Source: Vampirovibrionales bacterium (GTDB lineage Bacteria; Cyanobacteriota; Vampirovibrionia; Vampirovibrionales; JAJTHC01). From it: a DNA stretch of 64,000 bases. Position numbers and translations under genes: made by a program. Of the stretch, positions 35,699-47,000 are shown piece by piece. The stretch is taken from contig JBIKTR010000004.1 in assembly GCA_044348005.1 (NCBI GenBank), positions 66,980 through 130,979 on the forward strand. Direction: 5' to 3'. A model generated the notes under the pieces. That model was not told where the DNA came from, made no database searches, and saw only the letters and a program-made list of their open reading frames with translations. Numbering within the stretch: the first letter of the stretch is position 1; every line of letters begins with the position of its first letter.

Positions 35699-36367
35699 AT
35701 GAAGCGGGTTCATGTGTTTATTGATGGCTTTAATATGTACCATGCTTTAGAAGAATACCGTAGACATACAGGTGAAAATCTTAAATGGTTGAATTATAGA
35801 AGCCTTATGGAAAGTTTCGCTTCATCTGAAGAAATAGTAACAAGCATACACTTTTTTACTGCGATTGATGAGAAGCGTCCCGACGATGTCATTCAACGAC
35901 ACCATAATTATATTGGGGCTTTAAAAACTCAAAACATCGAAGTATATCGAGGGGTTTTTAAGCACCGCAAGCAAACTTGCAAGTCCTGCCACGCTTCATG
36001 GGAAAAAGCTGAAGAAAAAGAAACTGACGTTCGTATCGCCTGTAAAATTTTAGAATTTGCGATGAAAGACTTCTTTGATGAGTTTTGGCTCGTTTCGGGG
36101 GATAGTGATTTTGTGCCTGTTATTCAATCTTTTAAATCCCTTTTTCCTCACAAATCCATTAAGGTCATTATTCCCCCAAAATATAACCGAAATGGTCAAT
36201 ACGGTAATCCCTATGCGGCTAAAACATTCGCTAAAAGTAAAAAAAGCCAAGCAGAAACGCATCAGTTGGGATTTAGAGCATGCTCTAAGCACCCTTTGGC
36301 GGATGAACTCATCAACCCCAAAGGACGACGCTTTACAAATCCGTATCTCCAAAATAGTAGCCCATAA
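35699..36367 (+). CDS. NYN-domain (LabA/DUF88-like) protein
   Basis: VHVFIDGFNMYH and LVSGDSDFVPV NYN catalytic motifs; AT-rich; TTGACA-17-CATAAT promoter at 35594-35622; ORF extends to 35651. Confidence 0.7.
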   Translation: MKRVHVFIDGFNMYHALEEYRRHTGENLKWLNYRSLMESFASSEEIVTSIHFFTAIDEKRPDDVIQRHHNYIGALKTQNIEVYRGVFKHRKQTCKSCHASWEKAEEKETDVRIACKILEFAMKDFFDEFWLVSGDSDFVPVIQSFKSLFPHKSIKVIIPPKYNRNGQYGNPYAAKTFAKSKKSQAETHQLGFRACSKHPLADELINPKGRRFTNPYLQNSSP

Positions 36368-36368
36368 T

Positions 36369-36986
36369 ATGCCCACCCTTTCGACGTTTTTAGAACACGA
36401 ACACTACCAGCTTACCCAAACCACGACCCCCTTTGAAGTCGCTCGGCTCAACGAAGCGCAACGCATTACGCTTGAACGTCTTGGTTCTGAACAAGCTCGG
36501 CATCACGCCTTGTTAGGTGTTCAGTTAAAAAATAGTGTTTCTGGTCTTTCATACCCCGCACGACAGGTGAGCCTTTCTCATAGCGAAAATGTCGCCGTGA
36601 TGGCCATTCATCAGGATTCGTCACAATGCGTTGGTGTGGATATTGAAGCGGTGCATCGGGGGATTCACCCTCGCCTTCGCGCACGGTTGACGCCGTCTTT
36701 CGCCGAAGCCCAGCGTGTTGAAAAACTGCCTTCACTCGGCTTGTGGTGCGTGAAAGAAGCCTTGTGGAAAGCGTGGGAACATAATCACCAAGGCCTGATT
36801 AAGGCCGTGAACATTCGCCACGTTGTTGAACAGCCCCCCCAAACACAAGCGTCACAAGGTTTGTTATTTGAAGGTCAAGCCCAAGCCCCATGTGGCCAGC
36901 CGTTGCAATGGCACTTGTATGAAATAGATTCGCTTGGACCAAAGGCTCACGCCTTTTATGTGGCGGTGGCCTTTGGCTTGCCGTAA
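36369..36986 (+). CDS. 4'-phosphopantetheinyl transferase (Sfp/EntD type)
   Basis: GVDIE and WCVKEALWKA motifs; start placed at the ATG directly after the NYN stop (ORF 36075 overlaps the NYN gene out of frame). Confidence 0.7.
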   Translation: MPTLSTFLEHEHYQLTQTTTPFEVARLNEAQRITLERLGSEQARHHALLGVQLKNSVSGLSYPARQVSLSHSENVAVMAIHQDSSQCVGVDIEAVHRGIHPRLRARLTPSFAEAQRVEKLPSLGLWCVKEALWKAWEHNHQGLIKAVNIRHVVEQPPQTQASQGLLFEGQAQAPCGQPLQWHLYEIDSLGPKAHAFYVAVAFGLP

Positions 36987-37687
36987 GGCAGTAAATGGGA
37001 ACGAATCCAATAATGCAACGCGTATAAAAGCGGGGTAATACCCAGCGCCACGACTAACTTGACTTCATAATTAGAACGGCCAATTAAGAAAATTTCCTGC
37101 CACGAAAGTGTACCCGCAAAGGCAATACTGGTTACAATAAAGGAGTCAAACCCTTGGGAAATAAGCGTTGAACCCGTCGCCCTTAGCCCAATGAATCGAT
37201 TGCCCGTCCATTGTTTGAATAAGGAAAAAATGGTGATGTCCAGAAATTGAGAAAATAAGTACGCCGTTAAAGACGCCACAATCATACCCGTAAAGTTGTT
37301 GGCCACTTGATGAAACGCCACCGCAGAAATCGGCGAATGGGGGGTGATTGGCAAGGTTTCTAAAAAACGAAACACCCCGTAAAAGCCTAGAGCCACCGCA
37401 AAGCCAAGCCAAGTCACTCGTTTGGCGCCTGCGTTACCGTAAAATTCGTTCAACAAATCCGTGAGCAAAAACGTCACAGGAAAGGTAATAATCCCCGCTG
37501 AAATGAGGCGTTCGCCCAACAACGGCAGATGCAACGGAATCAACACCGCCCCCGTGAGGTTGGCCACAATGAGTGAGGTACAAAACACCACGGACATCAA
37601 GGTAAACAAGGTGCCTTGTGCATTGACGCCTTCAATTTCAGGCAAAATCCACTGCTTTAAGGTGTGTAACTGGCGTAAGGCATTCAT
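36956..37687 (-). CDS. Queuosine-precursor transporter family (YhhQ/DUF165) membrane protein
   Basis: Six or more TM segments and the conserved LTDLLNEFYG motif. Confidence 0.65.
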   Translation of the reverse strand: MNALRQLHTLKQWILPEIEGVNAQGTLFTLMSVVFCTSLIVANLTGAVLIPLHLPLLGERLISAGIITFPVTFLLTDLLNEFYGNAGAKRVTWLGFAVALGFYGVFRFLETLPITPHSPISAVAFHQVANNFTGMIVASLTAYLFSQFLDITIFSLFKQWTGNRFIGLRATGSTLISQGFDSFIVTSIAFAGTLSWQEIFLIGRSNYEVKLVVALGITPLLYALHYWIRSHLLPYGKPKATAT

Positions 37688-37757
37688 GCGTTTTAAAACA
37701 GACTTTCATCATACTATATATATAAGGTATAATATCATAAAAGGAGCAAATAAAGCT

Positions 37758-38351
37758 ATGGTAAAACGCATCGGCATTACAGGCGCAATAGGGACGGGCA
37801 AAAGTACCGTAGGGCGTTTATTGGAAGCCCAAGGCTACCCCGTGATTGATGCCGATGAGGTGGTGCATCAGGCGTTGGCAGAAAATACGGCCGTTCATCA
37901 CGCCTTGCGCGAGCAGATGGGCAATGAACTCTTTGATCAGCGCACAGGTCAACCATCTCGACCCGCATTGGCGAAGCGAATTTTTCAAAACGACACAGAT
38001 AAATTGTTTTTAGAACGTCTTCTTCACCCGATTGTGCGTCAAGAAATTGAGCGCTTTTTTACGCAGTATCAAGCCAAAGACTTGGCGTTTGCCTTGGTGC
38101 CCCTATTATTTGAAAGCGGATTAGAGCCGTTTTATGATGAAGTGTGGTGTGTGGCTTGTTCCCCTGCAATCCAAGTAAGCCGATTAAAAGTAAACCGCGG
38201 TATGACGGATGAGCAAATCCAAGCACGACTGAGCAATCAGTGGGCGTTGGACGAAAAAATCAAGCGTTCTGATCGCGTGTTATGGAACGACGGTTCACTT
38301 CAAGCCCTACAAACGCAGGTAGAACAAGCCCTTTCGAACACTATAAAGTAA
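37758..38351 (+). CDS. coaE: Dephospho-CoA kinase
   Basis: IGITGAIGTGKST P-loop; AAGGAG RBS; ORF N-terminal extension from 37461 rejected. Confidence 0.85.
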   Translation: MVKRIGITGAIGTGKSTVGRLLEAQGYPVIDADEVVHQALAENTAVHHALREQMGNELFDQRTGQPSRPALAKRIFQNDTDKLFLERLLHPIVRQEIERFFTQYQAKDLAFALVPLLFESGLEPFYDEVWCVACSPAIQVSRLKVNRGMTDEQIQARLSNQWALDEKIKRSDRVLWNDGSLQALQTQVEQALSNTIK

Positions 38352-38372
38352 AAGTCGTGGTTCTAGCGAATG

Positions 38373-39326
38373 CTAGGGAGACATCGCATCACAGGCCGTC
38401 CACAAATCCTTAAACAGCGGAGACGACAAATAACGTTCCCCATTGGAACACTGAATGGTGACAATCAGTTGGCCGTTTGATTCAGGACGCTTGGCCACTT
38501 CAAGGGCGGCCCACACATTGGCCCCAGAAGAAATGCCCGACATCATGCCTTCTTTTAAGGCCAAGTCTTTCGCCACCGTCATGGCGGTTTCAGAAGAAAC
38601 GGGGATGATTTCATCAATGACGTGGGGGTCTAAAATACTCGGCACAAAACCTGCCCCGATGCCTTGAATCAGATGAGGGCCAGCAACTTGCCCACTCAAA
38701 ACGGCACTTTCAGCCGGTTCAACCGCAATGATTTTAATGTGAGGGTTTTGTTCCTTCAAAAAACGCCCAACCCCTGTAATGGTCCCCCCTGTGCCCACCC
38801 CCGCAATAAAGACATCCACCTTGCCTTGGGTGCTTTGCCAAATTTCAGGGGCGGTGGTTTTATAATGAATTGCTGAATTGGCGGGGTTGCCGAATTGATC
38901 CAACAAATAGGCATTGGGAGTCGATTCAACAAGGGTTTGGGCATATTCACAGGCGCCCTTCATGCCGAGAGAAGCAGGGGTGAGTTGGACATCCGCACCA
39001 TAGGCTTTTAAAATCACCCGACGTTCCATGGAACAGTTTTCAGGCATCACAATAATGAGCCGATACCCTTTGACCGCGGCTACCATGGCAAGGGCAATAC
39101 CGCTATTGCCACTGGTGGGTTCAACCAACACACTTTGGCTGGGGTGAATCAGGCCTTTGGCTTCGGCCTCTTCAATCAAGTACAGGCCGACACGATCCTT
39201 AATGCTACCCCCTGGGAGTCGGGATTCTTGTTTGACGGCGATTTGAGCGTGCAGGCCTTGGCTCAGCGCGTTGAGCAAGACCAAGGGGGTATCTTTAATG
39301 GTTTGGGTAATACAGTCCACCAACAT
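38373..39326 (-). CDS. cysK: Cysteine synthase (O-acetylserine sulfhydrylase)
   Basis: PLP-lysine region GGSIKDR, SGNSGIALAMVAA, GTGGT loop. Confidence 0.85.
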   Translation of the reverse strand: MLVDCITQTIKDTPLVLLNALSQGLHAQIAVKQESRLPGGSIKDRVGLYLIEEAEAKGLIHPSQSVLVEPTSGNSGIALAMVAAVKGYRLIIVMPENCSMERRVILKAYGADVQLTPASLGMKGACEYAQTLVESTPNAYLLDQFGNPANSAIHYKTTAPEIWQSTQGKVDVFIAGVGTGGTITGVGRFLKEQNPHIKIIAVEPAESAVLSGQVAGPHLIQGIGAGFVPSILDPHVIDEIIPVSSETAMTVAKDLALKEGMMSGISSGANVWAALEVAKRPESNGQLIVTIQCSNGERYLSSPLFKDLWTACDAMSP

Positions 39327-39407
39327 GCGGGGGGGTGTTCCTTTTAATGAAGAACTAGAGACTTTACAGTATAGCAAAAGTATAGCAAAAAAGTCTGGGA
39401 ATCTCTC

Positions 39408-39450
39408 TAAAAAAGAAAAACCGCTGGTTTTCTTAAAACACCCAGCGGCA
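39408..39450 (-). terminator. Intrinsic terminator downstream of the aminotransferase/repeat region
   Basis: ccgctgg/ccagcgg stem with the minus-strand T-run tttttcttttttag. Confidence 0.45.
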
Positions 39451-39639
39451 AACCCAATTTGACCAGAATAAAAGTAAAAAGCGTCAGACTCCTGTACAGT
39501 GGAGCAACTGGCTTTGTAAATCTATCTTAATAAAATAAAAACAGGCAGAAATAATGCCCAATCGTTACAATGTGCAATGTTTGTTTCAACACATCACTTA
39601 GGTGGTGTCGACATTTATAGTGTCGAGGGTATAGAGAAA

Positions 39640-39835
39640 AAGCGAAGGTATTTTAAATGACGTGAAAAAATGACTAAATTGAGCCTTCTATAGGGTTCGA
39701 AAGATAAAATAGGCGATGAGGCTATTCTAGGAGCCTAGATTTTTTTGTGCGGGCGTGTACACAGACGACCATAACCAAACAAAAAAATCGCAGCGACAAC
39801 GAAGAGACCATAGACCGTTTTATCTCGCGAACACG
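39640..39835. repeat. Family C dispersed repeat
   Basis: ggctattctaggagcctaga and cgcagcgacaacgaagagaccatagaccgttttatc shared (inverted) with 54525-54650, and partly with 9300-9420 and 56070-56110. Confidence 0.55.
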
Positions 39836-39837
39836 AC

Positions 39838-41010
39838 CTAACTTAGGCGACGAATGGCCTCTTCTAAGGTGGCAATTTCTTTAGCAAAACAAATTCGCAC
39901 AAACCCACTTCGAGGCGCTTGAACAAACGTACACCCCGGCACAACGGAAATCCCGGCCGTGTGAATAAGTTCTTTGGCCCAGCGCCATTCATCGTCCACC
40001 CCGAGCGTTTTTTTCAAATCAAGCCAAATATAATAGGCCCCTTCTGGCAAATAGGCCTGCGCCTGTTCAGCAGAAATGCCGAACGCCTGTACGACTTGCA
40101 AGGCCACACGACGTTTTTCGGCATAGGTGGCTTGAACTTCCGCTTGCAAAGTGGGGGTATACGCGTTCAAGGCTTCAGCAGCCACCAATTGAAAGAAGGT
40201 GTTGGTGCCTGCGGTGCTTAAGTCATGTAAGCTTCTAAAGGCGTGTGTGAATTCAGCAGGGCCCACCGCCCAACCGACTCGCCAACCTGTTGCGCTAATG
40301 AGTTTTGAACACGAACCAAGCGTCACGGTTCGTTCCGCCATGCCTGCCATGCGAGCCAACGGCGTAAAGGTGCGCCCGTCGTAAAGGAGCTGATCGTACA
40401 CTTCATCCGTCAAACACCACAAATTGTGTTGAATCGCTACATCGGCCAGGGCGTGCAGTTCGGCGTCCGTCAACACCCGCCCCGTTGGATTGTTCGGATT
40501 GTTGATCAAGATCGCCTTAGTGTTTGGGGTAATAAGGGCGTCTAAAACTTCTGCTTCAATGCGAAAATCAGGCGCTTTTAAGGGGTAAAAAACGGGAATG
40601 GCCCCTAAGCTTTTGACTAAATCATGATACGGTTCATAAAAGGGTTCAAAAACAAGGACTTCATCGCCCGCGTTGACGAACGCTTTTAAGGCCAAATACA
40701 ACGCTTCTGTGGCGCCACAGGTAATGGTGACTTCACGTTCAGCGTCGTAATGTAGACCATAAAAACGCTGGTAATACGACGCCACCGCTTCACGCGTTTG
40801 ACGGGCGCCCCAGGTGTTACGCAGCTGGTGAAGATCTTTGCCTTGTGCCAAGACGTCTTCATAAGCGGCTAACACCCAAGGGGGGGGATCGTAATCAGGC
40901 AAGCCTTCGGCCAAATTAAGCGCCTGTTTTTCCACCGCCAAACGAGACATTTCACAGATTAACGATTCCTGCACCCCTTGCGTGATGCGAGACAATGGCG
41001 GAATCCACAT
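39838..41010 (-). CDS. Class I/II PLP-dependent aminotransferase
   Basis: 390 aa; NPTG, SKLISATGWRVGW (Lys-PLP region); start overlaps the mraY stop (TAATG). Confidence 0.8.
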   Translation of the reverse strand: MWIPPLSRITQGVQESLICEMSRLAVEKQALNLAEGLPDYDPPPWVLAAYEDVLAQGKDLHQLRNTWGARQTREAVASYYQRFYGLHYDAEREVTITCGATEALYLALKAFVNAGDEVLVFEPFYEPYHDLVKSLGAIPVFYPLKAPDFRIEAEVLDALITPNTKAILINNPNNPTGRVLTDAELHALADVAIQHNLWCLTDEVYDQLLYDGRTFTPLARMAGMAERTVTLGSCSKLISATGWRVGWAVGPAEFTHAFRSLHDLSTAGTNTFFQLVAAEALNAYTPTLQAEVQATYAEKRRVALQVVQAFGISAEQAQAYLPEGAYYIWLDLKKTLGVDDEWRWAKELIHTAGISVVPGCTFVQAPRSGFVRICFAKEIATLEEAIRRLS

Positions 41011-42083
41011 TAGTGTAAGACCCCGTTAAATCGCTGTAAATACAAGGTCAACATGCACAATAGGCCATGAAACAAAACAAACGCATTGACCACGTGAGTT
41101 TCATGCCAACCACAGAGTTCAAAATGGTGATGAAAGGGGGCCATTTTAAAGAAGCGTTTTTTCCAGAGTTGAAAGCCCACAATTTGAATCAGCACACTGA
41201 GTGCTTCAAGCGTAAAAATGCCCGCGCTCAGCAGTAACCACGCATCTTGATGGGTCATTAGGCCCACTGTGGCGATCAATCCGCCCAGCGCAAGGCTCCC
41301 AGAATCTCCCATAAACACGCGGGCGGGAAATTTGTTGTATACCAAAAAAGCAATTAAACAAGGAAGAATTAACACACACAATAATAAAGAAGGAAAATAG
41401 GTTTGCGCGTGAGCTTGGGTGATTAAAAACAAGGCAAAGGCATAAAAGGTAAGCGCAGTGGTGCTTCCTGCCAAGCTGTCAAGGCCATCCGTTAAGTTGA
41501 CGGCGTTAGACAAGGCCGTAACAGCAAAGGTGGCGTACAATATATATTGCCACGCTTCTAAACGAAGCACGTGATGAAACACATGCACGTGGGTGTCGCC
41601 CACCACAAACACCATAATCAGCCCCAAAATGATGCCAATCCCCGCTTGTACAACGAGTTTGGTTCTGGCACCAAGGCCTTTGTTGTGTTGTTTAAGCACT
41701 TTAGCAAGGTCGTCCCACATGCCTAGGCCCATAAGGCTCAAGCATATGACGAGTGGGGTGTAAAAATAGGGCGACGGTAAAATATGTTCGGCTTGTTTGA
41801 CAGCTTGCATGACCCCCGCCATGATTAAGGACACCAGAACCCACAAGGTAATTAAGAAAATGCCTCCGCCTGTTGGGGTGCCTTGTTTAGACTGGTGCGA
41901 ATCGGGGCCTTCTTCACGAATAAATTGTTGCACACGCAGTGATTTAAGGAAGTTAATGAACAACGGAAAACCAATCAAACCTAAGCCAAAGGCAATCAAC
42001 ACAGCGGGTAAAATAAAAATGAGTTGCGATTTAAGTAAAGGAACCAAGTGGGCTTGTTGAATGAGTTCTATAAAAGTATTCAT
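41010..42083 (-). CDS. mraY: Phospho-N-acetylmuramoyl-pentapeptide transferase
   Basis: 10-TM protein with MraY motifs (NAVNLTDGLDSLA, VFMGDSGSLALG); ATGA overlap with murF. Confidence 0.9.
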   Translation of the reverse strand: MNTFIELIQQAHLVPLLKSQLIFILPAVLIAFGLGLIGFPLFINFLKSLRVQQFIREEGPDSHQSKQGTPTGGGIFLITLWVLVSLIMAGVMQAVKQAEHILPSPYFYTPLVICLSLMGLGMWDDLAKVLKQHNKGLGARTKLVVQAGIGIILGLIMVFVVGDTHVHVFHHVLRLEAWQYILYATFAVTALSNAVNLTDGLDSLAGSTTALTFYAFALFLITQAHAQTYFPSLLLCVLILPCLIAFLVYNKFPARVFMGDSGSLALGGLIATVGLMTHQDAWLLLSAGIFTLEALSVLIQIVGFQLWKKRFFKMAPFHHHFELCGWHETHVVNAFVLFHGLLCMLTLYLQRFNGVLH

Positions 42084-43537
42084 AAAGCGAAATGCCCCCA
42101 TTCGGATGCGGTGTATGGATATGATTCTAAGAAGGGGATTACCCGTTCAAGGGCATGAAAACGACTGCCTTTTAAGAAGTAGGCGATGGGCGTTTTGTGG
42201 CCTACTTTGTGACCTAATTTGTGGCCTAAGGTATTTATACAGTCGACTTTAAAGGACTCAAGGGCGTGTAAAAAGTCTTCTGTTGTGGGGTAAATCACGG
42301 TGTTTTCGTTCAAGGAAAGGCCCTGCCATTCTTCACCGACAAGCACCACGCCTTGCACGCCTTCAGCAGTAGCAGCGACTTGATACACGTCTGCATGATA
42401 GGTCAAAGACGCTTGGCCCAATTCTTTCATACTCCCTAGAATCAGGATTCGCGCGGGGTGATCTTCTAGTGAAGTAGCGAAAAACGCGTTTAAGCTGGCG
42501 TTCATACTAGCGGGGTTGGCGTTATAGGCATCGTTAATCAGGGTATTGCTGTTGGGCAGTTCAAGACGCTCAAAGCGTCCGCTTTGAGAGGTAAAGGATG
42601 CCAAAGCATCCGCGACGGCTTGGGTGGAAAGGCCAAGCACTTTGGCGATTTTAATCACCCCCAAAAGGTTCGACACCTGATGTTGCCCCGGTAATGGGGA
42701 ATGAAACGCCACCCCTTCAACGCTAAAGCGAAAGGTGCCATCGGGCAACGCGACCATGTTTTCAGCGTCTTTTATATCGTAACGCCAGTGGGTCAAATGG
42801 GCCAAGGAAAGTTCAGCCAGTCGGGCTTCAAGGTAGGGGTCGTTACCGTTTGAAACCAACGTACTTTTTAGGCCTTCAACCAATTCGCACTTGGCGATGG
42901 CCGTATTTTCTAGCGTGCCGAGCAATTCAAGGTGGGCAGGCCCAATGTTAATCAATAGCCCAATATCGGGTTCGGCCATCAGGCTCAAGCGTCTAATTTG
43001 ACCTAGGCCTCGCATGCCCATTTCAACAATCGCGATTTCGGTGTCTTTTTCAAGGGCCAAAAGCGTTTGAGCCACCCCAATATCGTTATTACAATTCCCC
43101 TGCGTGGCTTGTGTGGGGCGACTTTGCTTAAAAACGTGAAAGAGATATTCTTTTAAAGTGCTTTTGCCTGAACTGCCTGTTAAGCCAATCACAGTGGCCA
43201 AAGAGCGTCTGCGGTGAAAGCGAGCCAGTACTTGAAGGGCCTCTAGGGTGTCTTTCACCAACAGGAGTGTGAGATTCTTTAAGGCGTGAGATTGATTGAA
43301 ATGGCTGTTGTAATACCGTTCTTCACAAAACGCCACTAACACGCCCGAATCAGCCACGGACGCCAAATAATCATGCCCGTCAAAACGTTCGCCCACCAAC
43401 GGTAAAAAAAGGTCGTGCGCCTTTAGGTGACGAGAATCCGTACTAATGGAAAAGCATACACTAGAATCGGGCGGTCCATGAAGTACGCGGGCTTGTGTGG
43501 CTTGCACCAATTCAGCGAAGCTAAAAGTCGCTGTCAT
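42080..43537 (-). CDS. murF: UDP-N-acetylmuramoyl-tripeptide--D-alanyl-D-alanine ligase
   Basis: Mur ligase P-loop GLTGSSGKST and central/C-terminal Mur domains. Confidence 0.85.
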   Translation of the reverse strand: MTATFSFAELVQATQARVLHGPPDSSVCFSISTDSRHLKAHDLFLPLVGERFDGHDYLASVADSGVLVAFCEERYYNSHFNQSHALKNLTLLLVKDTLEALQVLARFHRRRSLATVIGLTGSSGKSTLKEYLFHVFKQSRPTQATQGNCNNDIGVAQTLLALEKDTEIAIVEMGMRGLGQIRRLSLMAEPDIGLLINIGPAHLELLGTLENTAIAKCELVEGLKSTLVSNGNDPYLEARLAELSLAHLTHWRYDIKDAENMVALPDGTFRFSVEGVAFHSPLPGQHQVSNLLGVIKIAKVLGLSTQAVADALASFTSQSGRFERLELPNSNTLINDAYNANPASMNASLNAFFATSLEDHPARILILGSMKELGQASLTYHADVYQVAATAEGVQGVVLVGEEWQGLSLNENTVIYPTTEDFLHALESFKVDCINTLGHKLGHKVGHKTPIAYFLKGSRFHALERVIPFLESYPYTASEWGHFAL

Positions 43538-43552
43538 AGGATTATCCCCCCC

Positions 43553-43768
43553 CTAAAATAGCTTCTGCTGAACGGGTTCAGCTTCAAATAAATCCCCGAC
43601 GGCACAATCTAAAATATCACACAATCTGTCCATATTTTCGTAGTTGGGTTGGGTACGACCGCTGGCCCATGAATAAATGGTTTGTTGAGGCAACCCCATT
43701 TCTTTGGCCAATTTATAGAGGCTCCAGGCTTTACGTTCGCGAGCGACATCTTTAAGCTTAATTTTCAT
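43553..43768 (-). CDS. XRE-family helix-turn-helix transcriptional regulator
   Basis: LYKLAKEMGLPQQTIYSWASGRTQP HTH; start set at MKIKLK (ORF extends to 43918). Confidence 0.6.
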   Translation of the reverse strand: MKIKLKDVARERKAWSLYKLAKEMGLPQQTIYSWASGRTQPNYENMDRLCDILDCAVGDLFEAEPVQQKLF

Positions 43769-44024
43769 AGGGAACCCTCTAAATACTTCAAATGCTTGTT
43801 GAGTCAACATACTAAACAGTATACGGCCTATACAAAAAAGCATCAAGTCTTTTTTCTTGACTGCTGTCCCAGCCCCTAAGAATCCCCTGTGTGAATGAAC
43901 TTGATCCTTATCGATCAACCAAAGAAGGGAGATGACACAAGGGCCAACACGAAAGCGCTACAGCAAGTCCTTATAATAAAAAGTGTGTACCCCTAACGGT
44001 TTCCCTAATTATTGAGGTGTCTAA

Positions 44025-47000
44025 ATGTTTAGCCCATTTGTTAATCCACTTTTGTGTAAAAAAACGGCTCAAACCCTAGGTGCCGTGTTAGGTGTTACCG
44101 CATTATTGGTGGGGGGATTCGAACACGCTTTGGCCGCGTCAAGCCTTCCAGCTTCGGCTCAATCGGGGGTTAGGCTTTATAATCGAGGGTTGGTGGCTCA
44201 GTCTTTAAAGGTATTTAGATCCACCGTCAAACGAAACCCCACCAATGCCTTGGCCTACACGTGGCTAGGTAAAGCCTATAAAAAACAAGGGGGGCAAACC
44301 AATCAGGCTTTAGCGATTCAAGCCTTTGAAACCGCCTTGGAACTGGATCCCACAGAAGCTACAGCCCTAAAAGAACTGGCGGAACTGTATAGTTGGGATC
44401 CAAACAAGCGCGCCGAAGCCACCCGTTTGCTACAACAGTACGTAAGTCTAAAACCGCAGGATTACAGTGCTGAAAAACAACTGGCCATGCTATACATATG
44501 GCAAGGGCTTTATGAAAAAGCCACCCCCTATGTAGAACATGTTCAAGCCTACTACCCCAAGGATGCTCCGTTTTTAACGGCTTATGCGCAATACCTGACT
44601 TATACAGGGCGCCCTTACGAAGCCGTCGAATTGTATGAAGGCCCCCTTAAGGCGCATTCCGCCAATGCTGGTGTGAATCTGCGTCAGGCTTATGTGGCGG
44701 CGTTGGTGAAAAGTGGGCAAACCGCGCAGGCCCGCACGATCTATCGCCAAATGCTTTCGGCGTCTGAAGTCAATGGCCGCTTGGATGACACCGTTTTAAA
44801 TGCCTTAGCCGGCATGGCTTATGAACTAGGGGACTTTGAAGAAGCCCTTTCCATAGACAAAGAACTGCTTCATTCCACTAAAGTAGACGCCGTTCAAATC
44901 ACCTTTCGCATGGCGCGTTCCTACCAGCACTTGGGGCATTATGAAAAAGCCTTGACGTTGTTTGGGGAATTGCACCATCAAGGCCGTTTAAACACGAATG
45001 AAAAAATTGAATACGCCGATGTATTGACTGAAGCAAGGGCCAAAGGCGTCACGGGTGTGGATCCCTCTCATATTGAAGAGATCTTTCATGAAGCCCTAAA
45101 AACCACGAACGACAAAGTGGGCCTTTCTTTAAGACTGGCACGCTTGTATGCCACTCAAGCGGATGAATCCGCCAATGCGGTGAACTACTTTATTTATGCC
45201 GCTGAACGAGATGCCACCGGCAAAGCCAAAACGGAACTCATTGACTTTTTAAAATCGTTGGCCGAAAATCCGGCCGCCAATGTGCAAGAAGCTTATTCTA
45301 AAGCTTTGCACAGTTTCCCGAACGATCCTGAACTCACGGGTGTTTACGCGGAATATCTTTCGTGGAATGAAGCCACGCGCCCCCAAGCCTTAGAACAATT
45401 TTTAAAGCTGGCCCAAACCCAGCCCAAGGTTTCTAAAGCCTATGCTGAAAAAGTGGAACAAACGTTGGTGTGGCACCAAGCCAAACGCGAATACGTCACG
45501 TGGTACGAACTATTGGGCCAAGCCTACCCCACGATTCACGCCCACAAGCTCGCCTTGGCGCGTGCTTACTGGCAAGACAAATCTGCCACCCCTAATGTTG
45601 AAAAGGCCTATAGCCTTTACAATGAATTAATGCCCCTTTACGGTAAGGATCCTAAATTTGTCAATGAATTTGCAGGTTTGTTAAGCCAAAGCCCTGACAA
45701 AAAAATGAAGGCGCGTGGCCTTGCGCTGGTGGAAGGCTTATATCTTCAAAATCCTACCGACTTGGGTTTAACGCTTGCGTACGCCAAGCAGTTAAGTTAT
45801 TCTGGCAAGCAAAGCCACGCCATTAAATTGTTTGACAAAGTGTTGAGTCATTCTCCCCAATCCCGAGATGCGTTGGTAGGTAAAGCGAATGCTTATTTGT
45901 GGAATAGTGAAAATTATAAAGCCATTAAACTTCTCAACCAAGCGCGTCAAACCTACCCGCATGATTCAGAAATACTTCATTCACTAGCAGAAGCATATAA
46001 GGCCATTGGCCGTTATGACAAAGCCTTGGCGATTATGAAAGAAAGTAAGCAGATTCAGCCTGTGACCCCGTCATCCATAAGCGATGCATTTCTTGAAACA
46101 AAGGGGGCTGAATCCAACCAAGGGTTCATGGATGCTTTAAAGCCAGAATCCGAGGCGTCTAATTTATCATCCAATACATCTACGCTACGGCAGCCTGGTA
46201 GAAATAAAATTGTGGACTTTGAGTCCACCGAAGCCTACCCCCTTATTGTATGGGAAGACGCCGCAAGTGACGTGCTTCCACAAACACAACGCACGACTCA
46301 TCCCACCCCTCTAATCCCCCAACCCCTTGGCATGGATGAAACATTCGCCACCTTGCATCGTTTGCAACAACAGTCTTCTCAACAATTAGAACGCTTGCAT
46401 ACCAAAGTCAACGTCCTTAGCGATATGGCCCCAGGGCAGGCAGAAGTCACTGGCGTTCGTTTGAATAAACCAGATCAATCAGCCTTTGCTTCGGGTTTTC
46501 ATACGGCGCTTTCGAATCAATCCCATGTTCAAGATCTGGCCACCTATGGTGTGTTAGGGGAACTAAACGCTCAGGAAGACGTTGAACTAGGCATGGGGCA
46601 AACCATTATTTCAGACGAAGACCCCGCCGTGGGCAACTATGTCGGCGGAAGAGGCGACCTCTTTCAGCTCGACAAACTAACGGATTTAAATCGTGATATT
46701 AAAGAAGCCATGCGTCCGACCTTTCGTACAGGCTTTTTGTACACCTCTCAAGACGGTGAAGACACCACCAACAAGTTACGCCATTGGATTGTACCAAACC
46801 AAATTAGCTTTAACCTAACCCCCAATGTGCGCATGCGGGCAGGCTATGCCGTTCGAAACCTCATGATTCCCGCCATTCGGGACTACAACTTGAATCCTCG
46901 TAGCACGATGGCGCATCAGTACAGTTTAGGCACGAGCTTTGCCCTTACGGACAAATTAAGCTTCGACGGCGATGCTTCACTTGAAAATTATACCCAAAGT

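Noticed and set aside
36075-36368. N-terminal 98-aa extension of the PPTase ORF overlapping the NYN gene
   Set aside because: It is out of frame with and embedded in the well-supported NYN CDS; the PPTase domain begins only after the ATG at 36369, which directly follows the NYN stop.
37461-37757. N-terminal 99-aa extension of the coaE ORF
   Set aside because: It overlaps the convergent yhhQ-like gene; a strong AAGGAG RBS precedes the ATG at 37758 and the P-loop starts 6 residues later.
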